From Planctomycetota bacterium (GTDB lineage: Bacteria; Planctomycetota; UBA1135; GCA-002686595), in the NCBI GenBank assembly GCA_034440255.1, contig JAWXBU010000245.1, forward strand, positions 1-45,336: DNA of 45,336 nucleotides. The letters run 5' to 3'. Positions 21,165 to 30,242 of this stretch are shown here, in pieces; position 1 is the first letter of the stretch, and each line of letters starts with the position of its first letter. A program made the position numbers and the translations under genes. The notes beneath the pieces are model-generated. The model saw nothing but the letters and a program-made list of their open reading frames with translations. It ran no database searches and was not told where the DNA came from.

Positions 21165-21437
21165 CGCACACTCCGCCGCAGCCGCAGCCCACTCCGCCGC
21201 AGCCTGAGCACATCCGCCGCAGTCAGTCCGGGCACACTTCGCCGCAGCCCCAGCACACTCCGCCGCAGTCGCAGCACACTCCGCCGCAGTCGCAGCACAC
21301 TCCGCCGCAGCCGCAGCACACTCCGCCGCAGCCGCAGCACACTCCGCCGCAGTCGCAGCACGCTCCGCCGCAGCCGCAGCACACTCCGCCGCAGTCTGAG
21401 CACATCCGCCGCAGTCAGTCCGGGCACACTCCGCCGC
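21165..21437. repeat. Tandem array of a 21-bp unit (cactccgccgcagYcgcagca), ~12 copies, with a higher-order 33-bp direct repeat (gagcacatccgccgcagtcagtccgggcacact) bracketing the most regular 7-copy block
   Basis: Read directly from the sequence; units are contiguous with no spacers. Preceded by 3x 'cggccgccaa'. Lies in the 656-bp tRNA-Lys(UUU)/frr intergenic region. Confidence 0.85.
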
Positions 21438-21598
21438 CCCACCCCTTTTCTTCCGACAGAACCCCGTGCGCGTGAAGCGCGGTACTCCGCGGTTCACGCG
21501 CGCGGGGTCAGCGATGCGAAGCACGCTTGTGTAGTCCTTTGCTCCCCATCGCCCTCGCGCAGCTCATCGTCCTCGCAGCTCAATACCCCCCCACCCCT

Positions 21599-22159
21599 TC
21601 AAACCTCCATCACCTCCGCCGTCTTCTTGTCCTGCAACGTCGAGATCCTCTCCTCATACTCCTTCAACAACTTCTGAATATCCTCATGCAACTTCTTGTT
21701 CTCATCCTCCGTCAACTTGGAGTCCTTGTGCATCTGATCCGCGTGCTTGTTCTGATCCCGACGCATATTCCGCATCGCAATCCGCGCTTCCTCGCACAAC
21801 TCCTTCACCCTAGTCGCGTACTTCTTGCGCTGATCGCCCGACAACGGCGGCATCGTCACTCTCAACACCTTCCCATCGGACTGCGGCTGAATCCCTAGAT
21901 CACTCTTCTGGATCGCCTTCTCGATGTCCTTCAGCGCCGCCATGTCGAACGGCTTGATCATGATCTGGCGCGGCTCGGGGATCGAGATCTGCGCGATCTG
22001 ACTCAACGGACTCAGCGTGCCGTAATACTCGACGCGGATGTGATCCACGAGCGCCGGCGAAGCGCGCGACGTGCGGATCGTCTTCAACTGGTCGGCGACG
22101 TGATGGAGAGCTTTCTCCATCTTGTCCTTCGTGTCTTTCGTGATTTCTTGTGCAGTCAT
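21599..22159 (-). CDS. frr: Ribosome recycling factor
   Basis: 186 aa. MTAQEITKDTKDKMEKALHHV...IRVEYYGTLSPLSQIAQISIPEPRQIMIKPFD... is a full-length RRF signature. Conserved position after pyrH. Confidence 0.9.
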   Translation of the reverse strand: MTAQEITKDTKDKMEKALHHVADQLKTIRTSRASPALVDHIRVEYYGTLSPLSQIAQISIPEPRQIMIKPFDMAALKDIEKAIQKSDLGIQPQSDGKVLRVTMPPLSGDQRKKYATRVKELCEEARIAMRNMRRDQNKHADQMHKDSKLTEDENKKLHEDIQKLLKEYEERISTLQDKKTAEVMEV

Positions 22160-22161
22160 AT

Positions 22162-22878
22162 TCAGCTCCGGATGCGGGTACCGAGGGTCTCACCTCGGAT
22201 CAACCGTTCGAGATTGCCTTCTTCCAACATGTTGAACACGACGATTGCGAGGCGGTTCTCCATCGCGAGCGTGATCGCGGTGCCGTCCATGACGCGCAAC
22301 CCCTTGCTCAACACTTCCATGTACGTGATCTCTTCGAAGCGGCGCGCATCTTTGACGCGTTTCGGATCGGCGGTGTACACGCCGTCGACCTTCGTCGCCT
22401 TCAGTAGCACGTCGCATTCGAGTTCGGTCGCGCGCAACGCCGCAGCCGTGTCCGTCGTGAAGAACGGATTGCCCGTCCCTGCCGCGAGGATGACGACGCG
22501 CCCTTTTTCCAAGTGCGAAAGCGCCTTGCGCCGCACGAACGGTTCCGCGACTTGCTGGATTCCGATCGCCGTCATCACGCGCGTCTCGAGCCCTTGTTGT
22601 TCGAGCGCGTCCGAGAGCGCCAACCCGTTGATGACGGTGCCGAGCATGCCCATGTAGTCGGCGCTCGCGCGATGTCCGCCGAGCTTCGAAAACTCGGCTC
22701 CGCGCAGGATGTTTCCGCCGCCGCACACGATCGCGATCTCCACGCCGAGTGCCGACACGCGCGCGACTTGCCGCGCGATCGTCTGCACCGCTTCGGGCGA
22801 AATGCCGTGGCCCGAAGCATCGTCGCCGAGCGCTTCACCGGAGAGTTTCAGGAGAATGCGCTGGTACGGTGAATTCAT
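22162..22878 (-). CDS. pyrH: UMP kinase
   Basis: Start MNSPYQRILLKLSGEALG (ATG at 22878; the upstream 39 codons of the track ORF are leader). 'IVCGGGNILRG' and 'TGNPFFTTDTAAALRA' UMPK motifs. Confidence 0.9.
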   Translation of the reverse strand: MNSPYQRILLKLSGEALGDDASGHGISPEAVQTIARQVARVSALGVEIAIVCGGGNILRGAEFSKLGGHRASADYMGMLGTVINGLALSDALEQQGLETRVMTAIGIQQVAEPFVRRKALSHLEKGRVVILAAGTGNPFFTTDTAAALRATELECDVLLKATKVDGVYTADPKRVKDARRFEEITYMEVLSKGLRVMDGTAITLAMENRLAIVVFNMLEEGNLERLIRGETLGTRIRS

Positions 22879-22948
22879 GGGTGCGGTGGTTCTCGCTCGA
22901 GCCGGAGCGCGTGCGATTGTGGCTAGAAGCGCGGCCTCATGCAAAGGC

Positions 22949-23092
22949 CCAGTGCGCTTCAAGCGAGGGCACCAGTGCGCTTCACGCGAGGGCACCAGTG
23001 CGCTTCACGCGAGGGCACCAGTGCGCTTCACGCGAGGGCACCAGTGCGCTTCAAGCGAGGGCACCAGTGCGCTTCAAGCGAGAGCCTCGCGC
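22949..23092. repeat. Tandem array of a 24-bp unit (ccagtgcgcttcaMgcgagggcac), ~6 copies
   Basis: Read directly from the sequence. Lies in the 323-bp tsf/pyrH intergenic region, immediately upstream of the pyrH start. Confidence 0.85.
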
Positions 23093-23201
23093 GCCCCCCC
23101 CGCGCAGGCTCGGTGCGCCGCGCGCGAAAAAAAAGCACGCAACCCGCGGGTCGACGAGCACGCCTCGCAGAGTTCGATACCTGCGAAGGTGCGCTAGTCG
23201 T

Positions 23202-24056
23202 TCACTTGCCGATGCGAAGGTTCGTGAAGCCCGCGATCGTCGAGCCTTTGCCGAGGCTCTCTTCGAGCACCTTCTGCACGGTCTTCGAATCGTCGAACAC
23301 CCACTTCTGTTCCGGCAGCACGACGTCGGCGAAGAACTTGTCGAGCTTGCCCTTGACGATCTTCTCCTGCATTTCGGCCGGCTTGCCTTTGACCTCTTCG
23401 AGGTAGATCGCCTTCTCGCGCTCGATCTCCGCGGCCGGAATCTCTTCGCGACGGATCGCGAGCGGCGACGGCACCATCGACACGATGTGTTGGCACAACT
23501 GCTTCAAGAAGACTTGCGCCTTGTCCTCGTCGGCGTCGGTCGTCACCGAGACGAGCGCCGCCTTCTTCTTGTCGTGGTGCACGTAGGTCCCCACGCGCCC
23601 CTTCATGTTCTCGTAGCGCTGGATCTTCGCGACCTGCGTGTTCTCGCCGAGCTTGCCGATGAAGAGCTTGATCGATTCGCCGACTTGTTGACCGTTGCGC
23701 GAATCCTTCGACGCGAGCAGCGTGTCGATCGACGCCGGATTGTCGTCCGCGACGCGCTTCACGACTTCGGCGAGCAAACCGTTGAAGTCGTCGGTCGCTG
23801 CGACGAAGTCCGTTTCGCACGTGAGCGCGACCAGGGCGCCGACGCGCGACTTCGGCGCGATCCACGTGGTGACGCGACCTTCGCCCATCTCGCGCGAGGC
23901 CTTCTTTTCGGCCGATTTCAGCCCGGATTTGCGCAGGATGTCGATCGCCGCTTCCTCGTCGCCCTTGGCTGCGTCGAGCGCGCGCTTGCATTCCATCAGA
24001 CCGGCGCCCGTGCGCTCGCGCAGGCGGCGCACCATGTCGGGATTGATCTCAACCAT
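23202..24056 (-). CDS. tsf: Translation elongation factor Ts
   Basis: 284 aa. N-terminal UBA-like 'MVRRLRERTGAGLMECKRALDAAKGDEEAAIDILRKSG'. EF-Ts core 'LVALTCETDFVAAT'. Confidence 0.9.
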   Translation of the reverse strand: MVEINPDMVRRLRERTGAGLMECKRALDAAKGDEEAAIDILRKSGLKSAEKKASREMGEGRVTTWIAPKSRVGALVALTCETDFVAATDDFNGLLAEVVKRVADDNPASIDTLLASKDSRNGQQVGESIKLFIGKLGENTQVAKIQRYENMKGRVGTYVHHDKKKAALVSVTTDADEDKAQVFLKQLCQHIVSMVPSPLAIRREEIPAAEIEREKAIYLEEVKGKPAEMQEKIVKGKLDKFFADVVLPEQKWVFDDSKTVQKVLEESLGKGSTIAGFTNLRIGK

Positions 24057-24197
24057 GTTCGTTTCTCTCTGAACTCGTGTGCGTGTGGATTTTCAATGTG
24101 GGTGTACGTGCTGCGCCCCTAACGAGGCGCCCGCGGTCTCGAAGCATTCGAGCTCACGGGCGCTTCACGGCGAGGCGCTGTAATGCTGCGTCGCGTC

Positions 24198-25097
24198 TCA
24201 GGCGCCGCCGCGGCGTCCGCCGCCCGGGCCTGACGGCGTCACGCCGTCGCCCTCTTCCTCTTCGCCGCCGCGACCGCGACGTCCGCGACCGCCGGCTTGA
24301 GCGCCGTCAGGCAACTTGTTGCCGCGCGTCGGGCGGGGCTCGTCGCCCATCGGCTGCTGCGAGCCGTCTTCGTGTTTTTCGGCCGAGCCCACCGAAGCCA
24401 AGCGCTCGCGGTGATTCGCGGAGCCTTCTTCGACGGCCTTGACGAGTTGATCGACGAGCAGACGAACCGACTTCAACGCGTCGTCGTTGCCCGGGATGAC
24501 GATGTCGACCATCGTCGGATCGCAGTCCGTGTCGAGGATGCCGATGACGACGAGACCCATGCGACGTGCTTCACGCACAGCATTGGCTTCGCGCGCCGGA
24601 TCGACGACGACCATCGCGCCGGGCATGCCGCCCATCTCGCGGATGCCGCCGAGGTTGCGCGTGATCTTGCGACGCTCGCGGCGCAGGCTCGACAACATCT
24701 TCTTCGAGTATTGCGCGGCCGCGTTACCGTCCTCTTCGATCTTCTCGAGCTCTTCGAGGCGCTTCAGACGCGAACGGATGACCGAGAAATTCGTGAGCGT
24801 GCCGCCGATCCACCGCTCGGTGACGATCGGCATGCCTGTGCGCTGACCCGCGTCTTGGATGACGCCCTTCACTTGGCGTTTGGTGCCGACCCACAGGATC
24901 GTGCTGCCCTCTTGCGCGAGGTGGAAGGTGAGCTTTTGTGCGCGCAGGATGCCGCGCAAGGTTTCGCGCAGGTCGATGATGTGGATGAGATTGCGGCGCC
25001 CGTGGATGTACGGGACCATCTTCGGATTCCACCGCGACACGCGGCACCCGAAGTGCACGCCTGCGTCGATGAGCTGTTGGACTTGAACGGTTTCCAT
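24198..25097 (-). CDS. rpsB: 30S ribosomal protein S2 with C-terminal Gly/Arg/Glu-rich low-complexity extension
   Basis: 'VHFGCRVSRWNPKMVPYIHGRRNLIHIIDL', 'WVGTKRQ' and 'RWIGGTLTNF' S2 signatures. ~60 extra C-terminal residues (…GGRGRRGRGGEEEEGDGVTPSGPGGGRRGGA). Confidence 0.9.
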   Translation of the reverse strand: METVQVQQLIDAGVHFGCRVSRWNPKMVPYIHGRRNLIHIIDLRETLRGILRAQKLTFHLAQEGSTILWVGTKRQVKGVIQDAGQRTGMPIVTERWIGGTLTNFSVIRSRLKRLEELEKIEEDGNAAAQYSKKMLSSLRRERRKITRNLGGIREMGGMPGAMVVVDPAREANAVREARRMGLVVIGILDTDCDPTMVDIVIPGNDDALKSVRLLVDQLVKAVEEGSANHRERLASVGSAEKHEDGSQQPMGDEPRPTRGNKLPDGAQAGGRGRRGRGGEEEEGDGVTPSGPGGGRRGGA

Positions 25098-25437
25098 GCG
25101 GGGGTCGTGATTCGCGCTGTTGAGCGCGAAGAGTGTGTGGGTCAGAGCGCCGGCGAAGGCGCGCTTTGCGATGCGTGAGCGCCTGACCGATCAGGTCCGG
25201 CGCGCCAAGCGTTCAGTGTGAAGCCAGGGGCGCTTGGAAACCCTCCGACTACAGAGGACGCTCACCGGGGCGAGCGTCTGACCCGCGCGCTGCCACGGAG
25301 GGGGCTCCGAGGTGAATGCGGGGGCGAGGATGATACTGGCGGCGCCCGCGGAGTCAAACGGTCGGCCCGGCCCAACCTGCGCCGGAGGGTATACTTTCAG
25401 GCCGTTTCTCTGCATCGCGAGCCGGCTTCACCCCACC

Positions 25438-26373
25438 ATGGAAGCCCAAGGACCCACTCTCGTGCTCGCGTGCGACCACCGCGGAAACGGCCTCGCCACG
25501 GCCTTTTCAGCCCTGAAACGGCCGCACTGGCGGGTCGAGGCGACGAGTTCGGTCGTGGCGTCCTTGGCGCAAGCGCGCGCGCTCCGCCCGGACGTACTCG
25601 TGCTCGATCCGCTCGTCGAAGGCGGGCGCGCGGAGCTCGAGACGATCCTCGGCAACGGGCCCGACGGCGAGCGACCGGCGGTGCTCTTGATGTTCGATCC
25701 GACTCGCGCAGATGCTGCGCTGTACGCGAAGACGGTGCTCGAGCTCACGAACTTCGACTTGGCTCCGCGCGGTGCATCGTCGGACGAGATCGCGCTGCGC
25801 GTCGAGCGTTTGATCGAAGAGCGTCGGCGCGAGCGCGAGCTGGTCGAGCTGCGCCATGCGGCCGTTCACGACGACGGTACGGGGTTGTTGCGATCGCGCG
25901 CGTTCGGACAGCGCCTGGTCGAGCACTTCAGCGCTGCGCAACGTCACACGCACGATATCGCGCTCGTGATCGTGGACCTCGATCGGTTCGGCGCGGTGAA
26001 CAAGACGTTCGACCATGTCGTCGGCGATCGCATTCTCGCGCGTGTCGGTGAAGCGGTGCGCGCCGCGCTGCGCGCCGAGGACGTCGCCGGTCGCATCGGT
26101 GGAGACGAATTCGCAGTGCTGCTCCCCTACACGAAGAAGGTCGACGCGGCTCACGTGTCGATGCGTCTCTTGCAGGAAATTCGCTCTGTTTCGGGCCGTT
26201 TCGAGGGTGCCAGCCAACCGATTCGCGTGTCGACGTCGCTCGGATTCGAGACTTTCGACGGCAGGGACCTGGACGACGTCGATACGCTGCGCGCGCACGC
26301 CGAACTCGCCTTGCGTGCGGCGAAGAAGGCCGGCGGAGATCGCGGCATCTACTACCGCTCGCTCAGGTTGTGA
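25438..26373 (+). CDS. Response-regulator receiver + GGDEF diguanylate cyclase (PleD-like)
   Basis: Start MEAQGPTLVLACDH. REC-like N-terminus with phospho-acceptor-like 'VLVLDPLV'. 'RAEDVAGRIGGDEFAVLL' contains both the RxxD I-site and the GGDEF A-site. Confidence 0.75.
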   Translation: MEAQGPTLVLACDHRGNGLATAFSALKRPHWRVEATSSVVASLAQARALRPDVLVLDPLVEGGRAELETILGNGPDGERPAVLLMFDPTRADAALYAKTVLELTNFDLAPRGASSDEIALRVERLIEERRRERELVELRHAAVHDDGTGLLRSRAFGQRLVEHFSAAQRHTHDIALVIVDLDRFGAVNKTFDHVVGDRILARVGEAVRAALRAEDVAGRIGGDEFAVLLPYTKKVDAAHVSMRLLQEIRSVSGRFEGASQPIRVSTSLGFETFDGRDLDDVDTLRAHAELALRAAKKAGGDRGIYYRSLRL

Positions 26374-26459
26374 TCGCGCCGACGCGAACTCGCCCTCGTT
26401 GACCGTTTACAGGCGCGCGGATCTAATCACCGTCTTCCTGAGAGCCCACTTCGCACCCC

Positions 26460-27233
26460 ATGACCCCCGGAGAGACTTGGATTCAGCGGGTGCGAGCCCT
26501 CCTCGGGATGCGCAGGCGAGCGGTGCACGAAGAGCGCGTCGACCTGCCCACTTGGGAGAAGCGCATACAGCGCATCGTCACGGCCGAAGTCGCGCGCGTG
26601 CTGCCGCACATCGGTGACGACGCAGTGATCGTCGACGTGGGCGCGAACGTCGGGCTCTTCACGGCTGCGATCCTCGAGGCGCGACCGAATGCGCGCGCCT
26701 ACTTGTTCGAACCCGTGAAGGAGTACGCCGATCGCGCGCGCTCGCGCTTCGCCAAGAATCCGAACGTGACCGTGCTGCACCTGGCGCTCTCGGATACGAA
26801 CGGACGCACGACGATCTACAAACCGCGCCACAATCCGGGCGGAAACTCGATCGTCAAAGTGCAGGTCGACAAGTACACGGGTGCACATGCAGTCGTGTGG
26901 GATTCCGAAGAAGTCGACGTGCGCGTGTTCGACGACTGGGCGCGAGACAACGCCGTGACGCGCGTCGATTTCTTGAAGACCGACACGGAGGGCAACGACT
27001 ACGCGGTGTTGAAGGGCGTCTTGCCGTTCCTCGATCGCACGGGCTCACAACCGGTGATCTTGGCCGAGCTCTTGTCGAAGACGCTGCATCACGCTTGGGA
27101 CGAGCAACAAGCGGCGGTCGAGCACCTCTACCGCCTCGGGTACGCACGCGTCGACATGGAGAACATGCGCGAGATCGAGGACTTGCTGTTCGTGCCCACG
27201 GCGAGCGCCTCGGCTGCGACGAAGCAACGCTGA
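26460..27233 (+). CDS. FkbM-family SAM-dependent methyltransferase
   Basis: 'VIVDVGANVGLFT' (SAM-binding) and 'FLKTDTEGNDYAVLKG' match the FkbM family (TIGR01444) pattern. Confidence 0.7.
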   Translation: MTPGETWIQRVRALLGMRRRAVHEERVDLPTWEKRIQRIVTAEVARVLPHIGDDAVIVDVGANVGLFTAAILEARPNARAYLFEPVKEYADRARSRFAKNPNVTVLHLALSDTNGRTTIYKPRHNPGGNSIVKVQVDKYTGAHAVVWDSEEVDVRVFDDWARDNAVTRVDFLKTDTEGNDYAVLKGVLPFLDRTGSQPVILAELLSKTLHHAWDEQQAAVEHLYRLGYARVDMENMREIEDLLFVPTASASAATKQR

Positions 27234-27239
27234 ATCGCG

Positions 27240-28628
27240 ATGAAGCGCATCTTCGCGGCCCTGCGGAACAAGTTCTTCCGCGACACGGCGACGCTCCAGA
27301 TCGGGTCGCTCTTCAACGCGGCCGGGAATTTCGCGTCGGCGGCGCTGCTGGCGCACCTGCTCGGGCCCGAGAGTCAGGGCCAATTCTACGTCGCCGTTTC
27401 GCTGTACTCGCTCCTGTGGTTCCTCGTGAACCAAGGCTTGTTGCAAGCGACGGTCGCGCAAGTCGCGGCGGCGAACGCACGCGGACAGACCGGGAAAGTC
27501 GCGGCGTGGCTCGCGTGGCTCTTGAAGTCGAACTTGGCGTTCGGCGCCGTGTTGTGCGCGATCGGATTCCTCGTTCTGCCGTGGGTTTCGACACATTGGC
27601 TCGGCAGCAACGCCGAGGTCGGCACGTGGGCCGCGTGGCTCGCGATCTCGCCGATCCTGGAGACCCCGCGCATCGTCGCGTGCGCAGCGATGCACGGCAC
27701 GCGCCGCATGGTTCCGTTCGCGCAGACCGAGAATGCGCAGGAAGCGATGCGCGTCTTCCTCGTCGTGGTCGGTGCGCTGGTCACGAATTCCGCGCTCGGC
27801 GCCGTGATCGGAACCATCGTGTCGTCCCTGCTCGGGTCGATCGCGGCGGTCGAACTCTATCGGCGCGAGCGCAAGAATGCGGGTTCGCCGCTGCCGAGCT
27901 TCGCCGAGATTCGCGCGCACGTGCGCGACGTGCCGATGACGCTCGGAACGGCGCTCGGTGTGAAGCTCGGCATCGTGCGCAACTTGAATGCGCTGTGCAT
28001 GGAAGTGATTCCGTCGCTGTTGATCGAGAAATTCGGTTCGACGGAATGGGTCGCGTACTTGCGGATCGCACAGCGCTTGATGAAGGTGCCGCTGATGCTG
28101 ATGCAAGGTATCAACCGCACCAGCGTGCCGGCTTTCAGCGAGTTGGCGGGGCTGAAGGATGTCGCGCGCTTGCGGCGCCTCTACTTCAAAACAAGCGCAC
28201 TTTCAGGCCTTTTCATCTCGATCGGCGTGCTGCTCGCCATGCCGTTCTTGGGCTGGATTCTGGCGCGCACGTTCCCGGCGGATTACGTGCGACCGGTGTC
28301 GACGACGTGTTGGATTTTGTTGCCGGGCTTCCTCGTGATGTCGTTCAGCGTCGCGAACGACACGTTCTATCTGATCACGAACACGCTCAAAGTGGCGGTC
28401 GTCATATCGGTCGCCGCAATGATTCCGAGTGTCGCGCTCATCGCGTATTTGGCTTGGATGAATCCCACCACGGGCGTCGCGTGGGGTCTGTCGATCAACA
28501 TGGCATCGAGTTCGCTCCACATTCTGTACGCGACCTATTGGTTCCGCCGGCACAAGCGCGAGACCGACGCGCTCGCGCATTTGGATCCGTCGGTGCCGAC
28601 GATCGACATCGAAGTGCCGGCGGAGTGA
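27240..28628 (+). CDS. Polysaccharide biosynthesis protein / oligosaccharide flippase (Wzx-like, MOP superfamily)
   Basis: 462 aa with ~12-14 predicted TM helices. N-terminal 'TLQIGSLFNAAGNFASAALLAHLLGPESQGQFYVAVSLYSLLWFLVNQGL' is typical of the Polysacc_synt family. Confidence 0.7.
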   Translation: MKRIFAALRNKFFRDTATLQIGSLFNAAGNFASAALLAHLLGPESQGQFYVAVSLYSLLWFLVNQGLLQATVAQVAAANARGQTGKVAAWLAWLLKSNLAFGAVLCAIGFLVLPWVSTHWLGSNAEVGTWAAWLAISPILETPRIVACAAMHGTRRMVPFAQTENAQEAMRVFLVVVGALVTNSALGAVIGTIVSSLLGSIAAVELYRRERKNAGSPLPSFAEIRAHVRDVPMTLGTALGVKLGIVRNLNALCMEVIPSLLIEKFGSTEWVAYLRIAQRLMKVPLMLMQGINRTSVPAFSELAGLKDVARLRRLYFKTSALSGLFISIGVLLAMPFLGWILARTFPADYVRPVSTTCWILLPGFLVMSFSVANDTFYLITNTLKVAVVISVAAMIPSVALIAYLAWMNPTTGVAWGLSINMASSSLHILYATYWFRRHKRETDALAHLDPSVPTIDIEVPAE

Positions 28629-28913
28629 GCGGGCTGTGACGAGGTGCGCGGCACACCACAGACATGTGCCCAGCCGTGTCGCCGAGTGAGATCGTCGTCT
28701 CATTCGACGAACCACGACCTGACAAAATGAAGTTCGAGGCTTCAGCCCGGATCTCGCCCTCGTTCGCGGCCATACGGTGTCGGCTCGCGGTCTTCGAAGA
28801 GTTGCGTTCGTTTTGCCCCCAGGTGACTTCATGGTCGGCAGGTAGCAAATCGAGCGCAACGACGCAGCGGGCCGCGACTTGGCCCCCCTCAGTCGATCGT
28901 GGTGGGAGCCGAG

Positions 28914-30242
28914 CTAATTGCACTTGCGGTCACACGCCGTGGTCGTGAACCCAATTTCTTTCCAGCAATGCTGAGTGATGTTCGTCTGGCGGGCGCAGGG
29001 CCGTTTTTGAGCGCGTCGCCATTGAGTACCCATCGGTTCCTTGACGTCGTAGATCCAGCCGTCGGTGGTGACTTGGTACATCGCCTTGCAGCGGATCGCC
29101 TGGTAGCACAATCGTTTGCACTGGCCGCAGGCGGAGGTGCCGCTACAGGCAGAGCAGTCGCCCGTCCCATTGCTGGGTGCGACAGTAGCAGTGCCACTCA
29201 CCGAAACAGAGACACTGCCTGAGGCACCGACCGTTCCCTGGGCGCCTTGCGGCCCTACCGTAAATCCAACGGAGACTGAGCCGGTCACGGTGACGGTCGC
29301 AGAAAGTGCCAGTGAGTCGCCTGCAAAACCGCAGAAACGCGGACCTGCGATAGCCTCACCAGTGCAGTCGGAGCTGAGGCTGGTTGGGGGCGGGCACCCG
29401 GCGCTGCTCCCGCCGGGAGCGAGCGGAATGCAGTCAGAGCCGGTGACGGACGGGGCGGCGCACACGGGCACCTCTGCCTGGGCTCCCGGACATTCGGGAC
29501 CAGTAGTCGCCGCGGACTGGACAATCGCTCCTGGCACTTGCGGAATCGTGCTTTCAAGTCGCGGAGTCGAGGTCTGACCCCCTCCCGTGCTCGGAACGAG
29601 TAGGACGATGCTGTCGCCTCTTTCGACTTGTCCAGAGAGCATCACGAATGCCTGCTCATCTTGCCAATCGAAGCTAGTCGATTGGAACGTAGGCGCGGTG
29701 CTCAGACTGCTGCGATTGATGGCGTAAGCAAGTGCCGTCGGCTGGCTGGAGAAGCCATGACCAGTACAGTCGATTCGCACAGCGATGTTGTCCTGGCCGA
29801 AGTCCACGTCGTTCGAACGGATGAACATTCCAAGCCTGGCGTTTGCCGCCTGTGTTCCGAACGAGATACCGTAGTAGGCTTCGAATGCGGCGATTTCTGC
29901 GCTCGTGAGCAGGAGTCCAACGTTCGCAGCGGAGTTGAGATTGAAGTTGTCGCGAGTTGCCTTCGTCGTCCCGCCAATCGACCACCGCAGGTGCTGACCA
30001 GGCATGGAAACACGAGACGTGCTCAAGAAGGTAGGCACAGCCACAGGCTGAATCATGATTCGTCCGAGGAACTGATCGACTGACGTTGCCTGCGGCATGG
30101 GTGCACCGAAGTACTGACCGATCGCGATGCCGAAACGGGTCTGGGTTTCGTGGAGTGCAATCCCACAGGTTTCGCCTGCCGACGGAAGAAAGATGGCGGT
30201 CGCGCCGTCCCCGTCCGTGTAGCTGGTACTCTGCGTCAGCAC
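28914..30242 (-). CDS. Hypothetical protein with Gly/Ser/Thr/Val-rich repetitive segment and Cys-rich C-terminus; lies in a low-GC island
   Basis: 442 aa. Track start is GTG. No recognisable signal peptide or domain. 'GSVSVGFTVGPQGAQGTVGASGSVSVSVSGTATV' repeat segment. C-terminal 'CSACSGTSACGQCKRLCYQAIRCKAMY...CWKEIGFTTTACDRKCN'. Local GC is clearly below the window average. Confidence 0.45.
   Translation of the reverse strand: MLTQSTSYTDGDGATAIFLPSAGETCGIALHETQTRFGIAIGQYFGAPMPQATSVDQFLGRIMIQPVAVPTFLSTSRVSMPGQHLRWSIGGTTKATRDNFNLNSAANVGLLLTSAEIAAFEAYYGISFGTQAANARLGMFIRSNDVDFGQDNIAVRIDCTGHGFSSQPTALAYAINRSSLSTAPTFQSTSFDWQDEQAFVMLSGQVERGDSIVLLVPSTGGGQTSTPRLESTIPQVPGAIVQSAATTGPECPGAQAEVPVCAAPSVTGSDCIPLAPGGSSAGCPPPTSLSSDCTGEAIAGPRFCGFAGDSLALSATVTVTGSVSVGFTVGPQGAQGTVGASGSVSVSVSGTATVAPSNGTGDCSACSGTSACGQCKRLCYQAIRCKAMYQVTTDGWIYDVKEPMGTQWRRAQKRPCARQTNITQHCWKEIGFTTTACDRKCN

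Noticed and set aside
21165-23092. Possible CRISPR arrays
   Set aside because: Both arrays are contiguous tandem repeats without unique spacers, and there are no cas genes nearby.
28664-28948. 94-aa ORF at the left edge of the low-GC island (contains MKFEASARISPSF…)
   Set aside because: No motifs, start context unclear, and it overlaps the 3' end of the island ORF on the other strand. Not enough support to call a gene.
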